DNA from: Mobula hypostoma
Lineage: Eukaryota
Reading direction: 5' to 3'
DNA: 64,000 bases
NCBI RefSeq assembly: GCF_963921235.1
Contig: NC_086097.1
Location: 188,978,001 to 189,042,000, forward strand
Part shown: piece by piece, positions 52,065 to 63,587 of the stretch
Layout: each line of letters starts with the position of its first letter
Numbering within the stretch: the stretch's first letter is position 1
The notes under the pieces: model-generated
Seen by the model: only the letters and a program-made list of their open reading frames with translations
The model's database searches: none
Told to the model about the DNA's origin: nothing
Translations under genes and position numbers: made by a program

Positions 52065-53079
52065 AAGCAACACACATCAAAGTTGCTGGTGAACGCAGCA
52101 GGCCGGGCAGCATCTCTAGGAAGAGGTACAGTTGACGTTCCAAGCCGAGACCCTTCGTCAGGACGAACTGAAGGAAGAGCTAGTAAGAGATTTAAAAATG
52201 GGAGGGGGAGGGGGAGATCCAAAATGACAGGAGAAGACAGGAGGGGGAGGGATGGAGCCAGGAGCTGGACAGGTGATTGGCAAAAGGGATATGAGAGGAT
52301 CATGGGACAGGAGGCCCAGGGAGAAGGAAAAGTGGGGGTGGGGGGAACCCAGAGGATGGGCAAGGGGTATAGTGAGAGGGACAGAGGGAGAAAAAGGAGA
52401 GAGAGAGAAAGAATGTGTGTATATAAATAAATAATGGATGGGGTACGAGGGGGAGGTGGGGCATTAGCGGAAGTTCATGCCATCAGGTTGGAGGCTATCC
52501 AGACGGAATATAAGGTGTTGTTCCTCCAACCTGAGTGTGGCTTCATCTTTACAGTAGAGGAGGCCATAGATAGACATATCAGAATGGGAATGGGATGTGG
52601 AATTAAAATGTGTGGCCACTGGGAGATCCTGCTTTCTCTAACTTCCACTAATGCCCCACCTCCCTCTCGTACCCCATCTGTTATTTATTTTTATACACAC
52701 ATACTTTCTCTCACTCTCCTTTTTCTCCCTCTGTCCCTCTGACTATACCCCTTGCCCATCCTCTAGGTTCTCCCTGCCCCTTGTCTTTCTCCCTGGGCCT
52801 CCTGTCCCATGATCCTCTCATATCCCCTTTGCCAATCACCTGTCCAGCTCTTGGCTCCATCCCTCCCCCTCCTGTCTTCTCCTATCATTTTGGATCTCCC
52901 CCTCCCCCTCCCGCTTTCAAATCTCTTACTAACTCTTCCTTCAGTTAGTCCTGACGAAGGGTCTTGGCCTGAAATGTCGACTGTACCTCTTCCTAGAGAT
53001 GCTACCTGGCCTGCTGCGTTCACCAGCAACTTTGATGTGTGTTGCTTGAATTTCCAGCATCTGCAGAATTCCTCGTGTT
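52065..53079. mobile_element. Penelope-derived 1-kb fold-back element made of two inverted pseudo-LTRs
   Basis: Inverted arms joined at TTCTCT (52634-52639). 14-bp TSD tgtgtttttctttt at 52051-52064 and 53080-53093. Tail on the right arm only. Confidence 0.93.
52947..52982 (+). ncRNA. Minimal hammerhead ribozyme motif (stem III CG changed to TG)
   Basis: agtc-ctgacga-agggtcttggcct-gaaa-tg-tc-gact. Confidence 0.7.
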
Positions 53080-54040
53080 TGTGTTTTTCTTTTGATTAGT
53101 TTTATGTTTTGGAGTTATAAAACGTAATAGAGGCAATAAGAAAGTTTTAAAACAAACCCAAAATGACTTCCTACATGTTGAAGTGCAGCATGTTCTTTCT
53201 TCATATGGGAGAAGAGAGAGACATTTAAGTTTAAAGAAGGACAGCATGTTGTTTTTCTTTGATTGCACAGCGAGACGCTCAAGTTAAAATAAAAGGCAGA
53301 ACACGGATGAAATTCATAGGTTCATAAACGGTGAGTACCTGGTGATATAATAAGAAATTTTAAAAAGCAGAAATGGCTGGCTACATCAGAAAGATAAATG
53401 TGTTCGATTGCAGAGCAAGTAACAGGAATATCTATACTGTACAAATCGAGCAGCATTTTGCAGCAAATGGAATAGCCAATGAAAAATGAGTGCCAGTTTT
53501 GTTGAGTGTAATAGGTGGGGAAGCGTACAATTTGCTTAGAAGTTTAACTGCTCCAACCAAACCAGCCGGAATGAGCTTTGCTGATATCATGAAAGTAATG
53601 CAGGAACATTTAGCATTGAAACCATTGTTGATTGCAGAACGCTTTGGGTTTCATAAGTGGAATCAAAAGGAAGAGGTGTCCATTTCAGTTTATATGCCTG
53701 AACTGAAGAAATTGTCTGAGCACTGTGTGTTCAGTGATGGGCTTAATGGTGCATTGAGAGATCATTTAACTTATGGAATCTTTTAAGAATACACTCAAAA
53801 ACAGCTCCTAACTGAAGCATAATTCACATTGAAAAGAGCTTTGAAATTGCTGCTTCAATGGAGACAGCAGACAAAGACACAATTGAGTTGCAGTCAGGAA
53901 TTAAAGTGAGCTTGAGCAAAATTGCAACGTCTAAACAGAAACCAGCCTGGCTAAACAAATTGTGCTACTGTTGTGGCGGGGGCTATATACACCAATACAA
54001 TGCAGATTTAAAGGTAAAGCTTACAGAAAATGCAACATAG

Positions 54041-55932
54041 TGTAAGGGGGTTTCTTTTTTTTATGTCACTGTGTAGTATAATTAAAATGGCTTCTTTGTT
54101 ATGTTATAATTGAAAGGGCTTCTTTGTTATGTTAACTGCTGGGAAAGTCCTCCCACTAGCAGTTTTGTTTGGATCACCTTACTGATAAGAAAGGTGTTAC
54201 ATAGAAACATAGAAAATAGGTGCAGGAGTAGGCCATTCGGCCCTTCGAGCCTGCACCGCCATTTATTATGATCATGGCTGATCATCCAACTCAGAACCCC
54301 ACCCCAGCCTTCCCTCCATACCCCCTGACCCCCGTAGCCACAAGGGCCATATCTAACTCCCTCTTAAATATAGCCAATGAACTGGCCTCAACTGTTTCCT
54401 GTGGCAGAGAATTCCACAGATTCACCACTCTCTGTATGAAGAAGTTTTTCCTAATCTCGGTCCTAAAAGGCTTCCCCTCTATCCTCAAACTGTGGCCTCT
54501 CGTTCTGGACTTCCCCAACATCGGGAACAATCTTCCTGCACCTAGCCTGTCCAATCCCTTTAGGATTTTATACGTTTCAATCAGATCCCCCCTCAATCTT
54601 CTAAATTCCAACGAGTACAAGCCCAGTTCATCCAGTCTTTCTTCATATGAAAGTCCTGCCATCCCAGGAATCAATCTGGTGAACCTTCTTTGTACTCCCT
54701 CTATGGCAAGGATGTCTTTCATCAGATTAGGGGACCAAAACTGCACACAATACTCCAGGTGTGGTCTCACCAAGGCCTTGTACAACTGCAGTAGTACCTC
54801 CCTGCTCCTGTACTCGAATCCTCTCGCTATAAATGCCAGCATACCATTCGCCTTTTTCACCGCCTGCTGTACCTGCATGCCCACTTTCAATGACTGGTGT
54901 ATAATGACACCCAGGTCTCGTTGCACCTCCCCTTTTCCTAATCGGCCACCATTCAGATAATAATCTGTTTTCCTATTTTTGCCACCAAAGTGGATAACTT
55001 CACATTTATCCACATTAAATTGCATCTGCCATGAATTTGCCCACTCACCTAACCTATCCAAGTCACCCTGCATCCTCTTAGCATCCCCCTCACAGCTAAC
55101 ACTGCCGCCCAGCTTCGTGTCATCCGCAAACTTGGAGATGCTGCATTTAATTCCCTCATCCAAGTCATTCATATATATTGTAAACAACTGGGGTCCCAGC
55201 ACTGAGCCTTGCGGTACCCCACTAGTCACCGCCTGCCATTCTGAAAAGGTCCCGTTTATTCCCACTCTTTGCTTCCTGTCTGCTAACCAATTCTCCACCC
55301 ACACCAATACCTTACCCCCAATACCGTGTGCTTTAAGTTTGTACACTAATCTCCTGTGTGGGACCTTGTCAAAAGCCTTTTGAAAATCCAAATATACCAC
55401 ATCCACTGGTTCTCCCCTATCCACTCTACTAGTTATTGTATTTGCTGGGTTTTTGGGTAGAAGGCGGGAGAGAGAGACAGAGGATGGACCAGGTTCTGTG
55501 AGTCCACTAACAGGGTCGGAACCCGAGTAGGGCGTTCGGTGAGGAGAGGAGACGGAGATGGACACAAGTGGAGCGTCTAGTCAACCACCGTTGTTGGTCC
55601 CAGGTGGCCGGTCGAGGTGGTCTGAGGGGTTGCAGGATGAAGAAGAAGGGTCCTGAGCTCCAACTGTTTGTGCATGAAGAGATTGAACTTTGATAAATGT
55701 GGCACCTTTTATTTTCCTTTTATATTTTATTCTCTATTAATTATATAGTTCCAGTAACATCTCTAAACTGTAAATCATTTAATCATATCTGGTGTATTGT
55801 CTGTTGTTTGGGCGGGGTGGGGTACATCACACAGCATCCACACAAACTGATTACCCAGTTTGGCGGGGCCGAGGGCTGTCTCCCTAGACGACAGCGAGCC
55901 GAGCAACCCTGAGGCTGGCCAGGGGGGCTACA
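54041..55932. mobile_element. Probable solo LTR (~650 bp net) inserted in Gypsy gag, itself interrupted by a CR1
   Basis: Termini TGTA...TACA; 4-bp TSD ATAG at 54037-54040 and 55933-55936. Confidence 0.85.
54200..55431 (-). mobile_element. Young 5'-truncated CR1 (family B) with an open RT C-terminal frame
   Basis: ORF 54291..55565 from SRVDRGEPVDVVYLDFQKAFDKVPH onward; nearly identical to 27069-28306. GTTA flanks at 54196-54199 and 55432-55435. Confidence 0.96.
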
Positions 55933-58468
55933 ATAGTAAAACACATTCAAAGAGCATGCTGGGCAGACGAAAGCAAACTGAGAGCACAGGGAAGAGAAAG
56001 AGATAAGTGTCAAGTTGCAGTTTCAAAAAGACCACAAATCTGCATGCTGTTGATGAAAAACCTGATAACAATGTGAGTAACACAGGGCTGAGTAGCCTTG
56101 GGATTTATTATGTGAAAACTAACACAGAGGAGGTGCCAGAACCCAAGATTGTTTCACAGACACAAGTTTCACCTGTCAAGCAGAGAAACCACCCCCCCTC
56201 CCCCCGTGAGGAAAGACATTATCCCACAAGAGATCACCTACAGTGATTAAATCTTTAGGCCACAATGGGAGAGTTTAAATTTTACTATGACGTGGATGTC
56301 TATTGCTGCATCTACAATCTCTTGTGATTCTTCAGTCTTCCGTCATGCTGGCTCAAAAGCCATAGTTGCATCACAGCTGTACGTTGGTGTGTTCAAAGGG
56401 GCTAGCAGGTTGTTCCATCTGTACAACTAACTGTTCCTCAAAAGGTTAGTATGATTTCTGAGGTACCACCTGAGAGAATTGATATGGATTCATACAAAAC
56501 AAACTTCCAGTCCTTCTCAGAAGGAAATAAGTTGTGCACTCACTAACCTACAGTCCTCGCTGTTGTCTATCACCTAATCAATTAGACAGGGGCCAAGACA
56601 GTATTCTCCATGGATGGAACTTTTGGTCTTGGATCTTCACGAGTTCATGATCCAAGTTCTTGGGCACACTTATTAAAAGAAGATCAGACTTTGATTTAAA
56701 AATATCCACAGCCCATTCAAATTTAGCGATAGAAAGATTTTAAAACATTTTCTTTGAATATCATTATGATTAATTAAACAAAGAGCACACATATGATCCA
56801 TGGTATGCACATTGCTCGATCTGATCTGACCAACCAGCTGACAGCTGCATATCTACTCTATGTGTTTCCGTAAATTTTTCCTAACATCCTGATTGTATAC
56901 TCAGAGGTTTCAGCTTACTTGCTGATGTTTTATAGTTATTTTTGACCATGGTTCTACATGAGTGTCACACCAGGAACATGATATAAATCTCACTTATATT
57001 TTAAGAATCTTGGAAACTCCTGCCTTCTTTATGATTCAGACTAACTGATAGATATTATTAGCTAAAAGTAACATGGGTGAACAAGCTTCCCTCTTCTTTA
57101 CACAACTTGCTTCAGCAACTGAAATTCCACATTCTGACTATTAATATAAAATTCCTTTAAGTCCCACAAAACACTTCCTGTAAATAGAAGTACTTGAGAA
57201 TACCTAAACAAACATTTTCTCATGTCTCTTACTGTCTCATTTCATGATCCCTTTAACTTCAAAGTTCATTTAATAAATCCTGCATCCTCCCTTATTTATT
57301 TTTTTGCCATTTAATTTCTCAGAGATTTATTGACCATCTCTCTGTTGTGCATGCATATATACTTGCAAAGGAATTAGTGTACAGCTTGGAATTCTTTGAC
57401 CTTGTTCATAGTTTCTTCCTTGGGGCTAATATGTCATGTAAAAGTCTTAATCTTGTTTGTGGCTTGAAAGCTTTAAGCTTTTCTATATCTGGTTTATAAG
57501 CAAACCCTTTACCGAGCTTTGGTTTTAATGTTATTTTGTGGCCTTCAGTCATGTTTGAATATACATCTCCTAAGCAAAGTGTTGCACCTTTGCCTGTTCA
57601 GTTGTTTCATTAAAGGCTACCCACAGTTATTGATCATAGCATTTTTTTGGTTTAAAATGAATCCTTTAGGAACCCACTTTATAACCTGATATGAGTAAGA
57701 CAACAGAAACAAATATTCTCACTTCACCAACCTTTCACCTGTACATCCTCTTTTCCTTCTCCTCTTTATACCCCTGCGTCTTGAGATTGCCAAAACGCCG
57801 GTGGGAAGAGTGAAACTGTCATGATAGCAAGGCTTTGAGGAGTTCATAAACTGTAACATTCATTGTGAGGATCACTGCAAAGCACTTTCTCCAGAATAGA
57901 CCAGGGAGAAGAGAATTTGTTTCTCTTGCCGGTAAACTGGTGTGATTAGGTACTCTTCTGCGTATGCATGTTGCTTATATGTAAACAAGTTATAAACCAG
58001 CATCTCGAGTGACGTCTCCACAGAAAATCCTTGTTTCACATTGGCATGTACACGATGCAGAAATGCAGATGAAACTACAGGCAACCTCCGAATAAATGGA
58101 ACTTGTCTGCTGCCAGAATAGCAAGCATTGATCTGCGTGATTTGTGCATTTGTCCCCGCATCCAACTGACATTAAATTATGAACTCCTTCTTGGTTACAG
58201 TATTTGGTAGAGTTGACATGAGGCTCCTACATATTATAAATGGACCACTAATTATGCTGAGACAATACCTCTTGGTTCTTGACTCCATAACTATGGGAAA
58301 TAGTCTCAACCCTGACAAGGATCTAATTAAATCTTCTCAAAAATATACATTATTAAAGTAATTCTTCTCAACTCAAAAGAATGCTAAATAAGGATATCAA
58401 AGGTAAACACTGGATATAGTTTCACCAAAGCCATTTACAAATGGAGTAAGACTTCCTACAACAATCAA

Positions 58469-58586
58469 CACACATCAAAATTGCTGGTGAACGCAGCAGG
58501 CCAGGCAGCATCTCCAGGAAGAGGTATAGTCGACGTTTGGGCCAAGACCCTTCGTCAGGACTAACTGAAGGAAGAGCTAGTAAGAG
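58469..58586 (-). mobile_element. 118-bp Penelope 3'-end micro-insertion, essentially hammerhead plus flank
   Basis: 11-bp TSD acaacaatcaa at 58458-58468 and 58587-58597. The hammerhead lacks the G of GAAA. Confidence 0.88.
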
Positions 58587-59242
58587 ACAACAATCAATTT
58601 GTTTTTGACGAGTACCTGCATGTGATGCCATTCCTTTGTGCCTTTTGCCTTGGTTGTTGGAAAAGATTAAGTGAATAACTGAGGGGCATTTTGAAAATTT
58701 TACACACTAAAATCATAGTGCACTGGGAATGGCAAGTGAATAGGTTCCCGGTCAAGTGAATGCTATCAATTTTCTGGAGTGTTGTTGGAGCTGAACTTAT
58801 TCAAGCAAGTGGAGGGTATTCCCTCACATTCCTGATTTGAAGATGATGGTCCTGTACTGTGTGACCAAAAGCTGAGTCACTCACTGTACGCTTCCTGGGT
58901 TCCTGCTTTTGTAGCCACAGTACATGGTCCAAGTGAGAATTTGGCCAGTGGTGATGATGGGGCACTTGGTGACGATAATGTTATTGAGTATGAATGATAA
59001 GTCGTCTCTTGTTGAAAATGATAAAATAACTGTTAATTTTGTGATGTGCATATTGTTTGCTACTGCAGCCCATGCTTGACTGCTGAGTAAAAGAACGAAC
59101 TGCTGGAGGAACTCACGGGGTCAGGAAGCATTTGGGGAGGTAAGAGTTTGATCAATATTTCTGGCAAACTGAGCTCTAACTTTCAGAGGGCAGATAGCAG
59201 CTATAAGATAGTAGTGAACATACTGTCAAAGTGTTTGTTGAG

Positions 59243-59449
59243 ATGTGTCTGTGTGGTGGTATAGTGGGTAGTGGCTGTCTTTCTCACTTTCTGCATCCAT
59301 CGCTGGTTAGCAGTCTTGTGAAAAGGAGAGCTGAATGTGTGAGTCTCTCCCTGCTAGTACATAGCCTCTCCAACAGCAAGCCTCATGTAGTGCCTCCTCA
59401 CAGGCGATACATGGAAAATTAACTCCTTTTGGACTCAGGCTGAACTATA
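59243..59449 (+). ncRNA. HDV-like self-cleaving ribozyme candidate with long J1/2
   Basis: P1 atgtgtc (59243-49)/gatacat (59406-12); P2 tgtagt (59386-91)/actata (59444-49); P3 gcc/ggc; L3 tcctcaca; GG 59413-14; J4/2 gCtga with catalytic-position C59440. Confidence 0.75.
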
Positions 59450-59850
59450 GCGGGTAGGGAGAAGGTCTGGCCCCTGCACATGTAGCACGCAGGCCCACTG
59501 GTGTGTGGACATGCCCTGGCGCTCGTGAACCAGATCCCCAGCTATGAGTAAATAGCCCCACTGCCTTGTAGGCAGCCTTGGGAGAGACGAAGGCTACGGG
59601 AGTAAACCCAGACAGCAGATCTGGAGCCCCAAAAGGTGGCTGGATGTCATTGAACATCCTTCTGGCAGCTCCTGCAGCCAAGCTGGTGCCAAAAGTATTA
59701 CTTGATTAGCTTTCCTTAGGACTACACTGGTGAGACCGAGAGGGGGAACTTAATGACTGGGCATCTCAGGATCTCCATACCTTCTGCCCAGGCTTGTGAT
59801 GAAGACCATCACTGCCCATTGTCCTTCAAGTCAGACGGATGCCAACCAAA
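59243..59850 (+). mobile_element. Non-autonomous RTE-like retroposon (third family) headed by an HDV-like ribozyme
   Basis: 3' half shares motifs with the minus strand of 8280-8854 and 33916-34503 (gaaggct, gggagtaaaccc, ctggca.ctcctgc, gctggtgccaaa); ends ...gccaaccaa. Confidence 0.7.
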
Positions 59851-59871
59851 CATACAGATGCACAAAAAATA

Positions 59872-60685
59872 CAGTGGATTCCAGTTAATTGAACTATCAG
59901 GGCAGCTGCTTATTTGGGACAGCTCTTAAAGAACAAAAACTAAATCAAGAAAATAGATGGATTCCCTTCATTTATTTGTGACAGTATGTCACGTAACTGG
60001 GGCAGTAGACTTTTGTGGAATAGTTTCTAACTAGCTTCAGTCACAGGCACTTGCGTGGCCATTAGACACTACATCACGCTTAGAGCGATCAGTTTTTAAA
60101 TGCCATCAGTTGTGTGCATTTATGATCAAAAAGCAGTGATATTTGTCACTGATAGCTGGCGAGAAATAAGCAGCAAGGCAATTCAGAACTGCTTTGTTTA
60201 CCACAGTTTCAAGCATCCAGGCTTGGAGATATCAGAAATGGCTGGGAGTGAAATGAAACGATTTCACTACTTCAACAAGTTAGGAAATACATCGGTATCG
60301 ACAATCATCTTGAATGTTACAATGAAAATGAAGATTTAGAGAATGTAATCATCTAAGGTATTGTATGAATGCAGTCCATTATCTGCACTAGGTGCCGGCA
60401 CTGATTTTGCTCACTACAGTCAATCATAAGAACACAGCAGACGAATTCCTCCAGCGATAACTATTAGAAACGAACACACAGTTTTATAGTATTGTAGAGG
60501 TATTGGTAGTGTTCTAATTTGTTCTGTATCTCATTTAAGTACATAAATTGTTACTCAGTTGAACAGTAGTTTGTCTTTTTTATACCTTTTAACTATTTCC
60601 ATGGAACTCTGACTAATTGGGTCAGCGGCTTAATTGGCTCAGAACGTACTGGTCCAGAGATGTCCCAATTAATTAGAATCCACTC
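59872..60685 (+). mobile_element. Tigger/pogo-like non-autonomous DNA transposon
   Basis: TIRs cagtggattccagttaattg / caattaattagaatccactc, flanked by TA on both sides. Transposase C-terminal remnant AVIFVTDSWREISSKAIQNCF. Confidence 0.85.
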
Positions 60686-61129
60686 TAATAATATAGCCCA
60701 AGTCCTTCAGTGTCTTGTAGATTGATGGTGCCCAGGATGTTGTCAGCAAGAACATGCCTGCAGCAGCACGATCATCATGTGCTAAAAAAAAGGGTAGCTG
60801 CAGCTTGTGGTCCACCAAGTGAACACTGGAGAGCAGCGCCGATGAGGGGGCTAGCCCCGACCCAACATGGACACTGTGTCACACCTCCTCTAACATCTCC
60901 TTCTCCGGGTGCTGCAACAGGTGACCTGTGATGTGAGGCCCTGGTCCGCATTCCAACCAAGGCCATGCAACTCCACCGCCACTGGTCTCACCAATGAACC
61001 AGTGAACCAAACTTGTCATGAATTTGATGGGTTGTTATAACAATTTGGTTGTTTTGTGCTAACTACTACTATGACCAGTTGATTGTTAAGTTCAAGGTTC
61101 TCAACTCAAATGTTCTGTTGTAATGTTTG

Positions 61130-61515
61130 TCATCCTTGAAGAGAAGGAGGCTGGAGGGTGACCCATCAGAAGCATCAATCCAATCTTTAGATAGAAGATT
61201 GATTCTTTTTTCCCCATAGTGGGTGGCAAAAACAAGAGGGCATAGGTTTCCTTCTAAGAGACGAAGGAATTTCAAAGGGATTTGAGGGGAAAGTGCTTTT
61301 TTAAAATACAAAGGAATGTTGATGTCTACAACTCGCTGCCATAAAAGGAGGGAGAGTCACATAAAGTCACCATGTTTAACGGAAATTTAGGCAGGCACTT
61401 ATATAAGCAAGGCATAGAAGGATACAGACCTAATGCAGGCAAATGGGATCAGTATGGAAAGGAAAATGGTCAGCATGAATATGGTGAGATGAAAGATCCC
61501 ATTCCATGTTATACA
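61130..61515 (+). mobile_element. Old CR1 3' fragment
   Basis: agaaggaggctggagggtgacc...aaaacaagagggcataggttt...aaggcatagaaggatac. Confidence 0.7.
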
Positions 61516-62499
61516 ATGTTATCACTGGATGCTTTGATCTGACTGGCTTCTACTGCAGTCATGTTGTTTTTGACAAGAGATTACCAACTAATCCACCCTT
61601 ATCTGGCTGTAAGTGTTTTATGAAGAAGCATTAGAGTCAACAGCAACTCATTCAGCACCTGCCATATGACTCCTTATCTCGCTGAATCCCTACAGACTTC
61701 AGTAGCCTGCAGCAACTCTGGAAAGCACAAGACAATCCGAAAACTGTCAATATCTGTCAGGAGTTAGCAGCAACAACTTCACCAATATAGCTGCCTTCAC
61801 CACTGAGTTGCAACTTTACACCCGAACAGTGCATGTAGTGCCTGAAGTCTAAACAGATGTTATCAAGCCAGATACTTCCCCAATATGCCTGCATGTAACA
61901 GTAAAACATAATGTTTATCAGTGAGTGATCTTGCACAATTTAAAAACAACAAAGCCTCACATTTTATAGAATTCTGATTAAAGCTCCAGATTACTTTGAA
62001 TCTTCTTATTTCTTATTTCACCTCCATGTGTTCACAAAGCAGAACAGAGCTCTAAACTCTGCTAGCCACATGGGACCAGGTACTTCCCAAAGGAGTGGAT
62101 GAAGTCTTTATTCATTGCCAAAGCAGTCTAACAAATGTTTATTGGTTTCAGATTTCATAAACGCAACTTTAATCCCTAGACTCTGGACTGTTTTGAAAAG
62201 TGTTTCTCTCAAAAATTTAGAAAATCTTGCTTTGCCTTAAATTCTTCAAAAAATATTTTCTGTGAAATATTGGCTCAGAACACAGCAAAGGCACACTCTG
62301 TGAAGTGGTCATTCCATATAAGGAGACAATGAGCCACACAAGAGCCAGGGAATAACACACATAAAAGTTGCTGGTGAACGCAGCAGGCCAGGCAGCATCT
62401 CTAGGAAGAGGACTGCTCTTGGCTCCATCTGACAGGAAATGGTAAAGTAGTGGTGGTGGGGTGGGTTAGTGGGTGATTTTTGATTCTGGTCATTCTAGC

Positions 62500-62830
62500 T
62501 TGGATGCTATGTAGCCTCCTGTGTTATGGGTGTGGGACAAACAGTCCATGAGCAGGGTGGGTGGGATACTTTATGATATTGCTGGCCTTTTCCTGGAATA
62601 TTTCTGCATACATGATGGTGGGTAGGCTGATGCAAGGGATGTGTTGGGCAGTCTTGACTATCTGTTGTGGAACCTTCCTGTCTGCTACAATGTAGTTCCC
62701 ATACCATCCAGTAATGTAGCATGTTAGGACGCTCTCTACTCCACACCTGTAGAAGGTCATGAGTATCAACGTGCATTGTCCAGCACTCTTTGGCCTCTTC
62801 AGAAAGTAGAGGTATTAGTGAGCTTTCGGA
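62500..62830 (-). mobile_element. Rex1/Babar fragment
   Basis: FYRCGVESVLTCYITGWYGN...IIKYPTHPAHGLF. Confidence 0.8.
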
Positions 62831-62889
62831 TTTTATCTGGAGACCCTCATATATAAAAGGGCACACAAGAGACCGCACACAAAGTATTT

Positions 62890-63258
62890 GAACTGTTCCC
62901 CATTCTGGCCTCTTACCTCTTCTTCCCACCTGCCTCTCACCTTCCTCTGGTGCTTCTCCTTCTTCCCTTTCTCCTCTGGTCCACTCACCTCTCCTATCAG
63001 GTTACTTGTTCTCAAGCCCCTTACCTTACACACACATCTAGCTTCACCTATCACGTTTTAGTTTGGCCTCCTTCCACTCCACTCACCTCTTATTCTGGCA
63101 TCCCGTCCCCCCTTCCCGTCCAGTCCTGATGAGGGGTCTCGGCCTGAAATGTGAAATATTTATTCATTTCCCTGGATGCCACTTGACCTGCTGAGTTCCT
63201 CCACCATTTTGTATGTGTTGTTCCGGATTTCCAGTATCTGCAGAACCTCTTGTGTTTA
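62890..63258 (+). mobile_element. Penelope pseudo-LTR fragment with degenerate hammerhead (~63121-63155)
   Basis: Pyrimidine-rich pLTR, cagtcctgatgaggggtctcggcctgaaatgt, and tail ccagtatctgcagaacctcttgtgttt. Confidence 0.8.
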
Positions 63259-63587
63259 TGTTTGAGAGACCGGTCAGATGGATGAGGATGGATTTGTCAT
63301 CTTCTGCAGGACTGCAGGCACCTTCAGCAGGAGGGGAATGGGACTTCTCTACACCCCTTCCCTCCTCACCCTCTAAAAGTTGCTACTGTTGGGGCTGGGT
63401 TGAATCATGCAGAGCTGAGAGTGTTGAACGAATCAAATCACTCACTAACTTGCTTTCTGTGTTCATCTCAAATGAACCATTTTTTTTCCATTTCCATCAT
63501 ACAACAGTTCTCAGAAATGGAATCCTGTTGCAACCTGGGGACCAGCTGTACTCTTCTCAGGGAAAGTCATTTATTCCCTGGCTCTAA

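Larger units (their letters stand above)
51854..56290 (+). mobile_element. Second decayed Gypsy copy: probable 5' LTR 51854-53129, gag from 53373, internally deleted, with three nested insertions
   Basis: Gag VLLSVIGGEAYNLLRSLTAPTKP...KPLLIAERFGFHKWNQ is homologous to 2946-3382. The zinc-knuckle frame is restored across the 54041-55932 insert. LTR boundaries are approximate. Confidence 0.8.

Noticed and set aside
52065..53079. DNA-transposon MITE interpretation of the inverted-repeat elements
   Set aside because: The arms are Penelope 3' ends with GIY-YIG remnants and hammerheads, the termini are asymmetric, and TSD lengths vary (11-14 bp).
54268..55383. Long plus-strand ORFs (230 and 134 aa) and similar antisense ORFs over other LINEs
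   Set aside because: They are antisense shadows of CR1/Rex1 RT coding sequence and recur in other copies.
54291..55565. 424-aa ORF as a novel or domesticated RT gene
   Set aside because: The first ~45 residues are chance read-through from the flanking solo LTR into a 5'-truncated CR1 that lacks the endonuclease and RT N-terminus.
59217..59855. aacatac as the TSD of the 59-kb retroposon
   Set aside because: Only 7 bp and 19 nt upstream of the predicted cleavage site. It could be chance, so it was not used as evidence.
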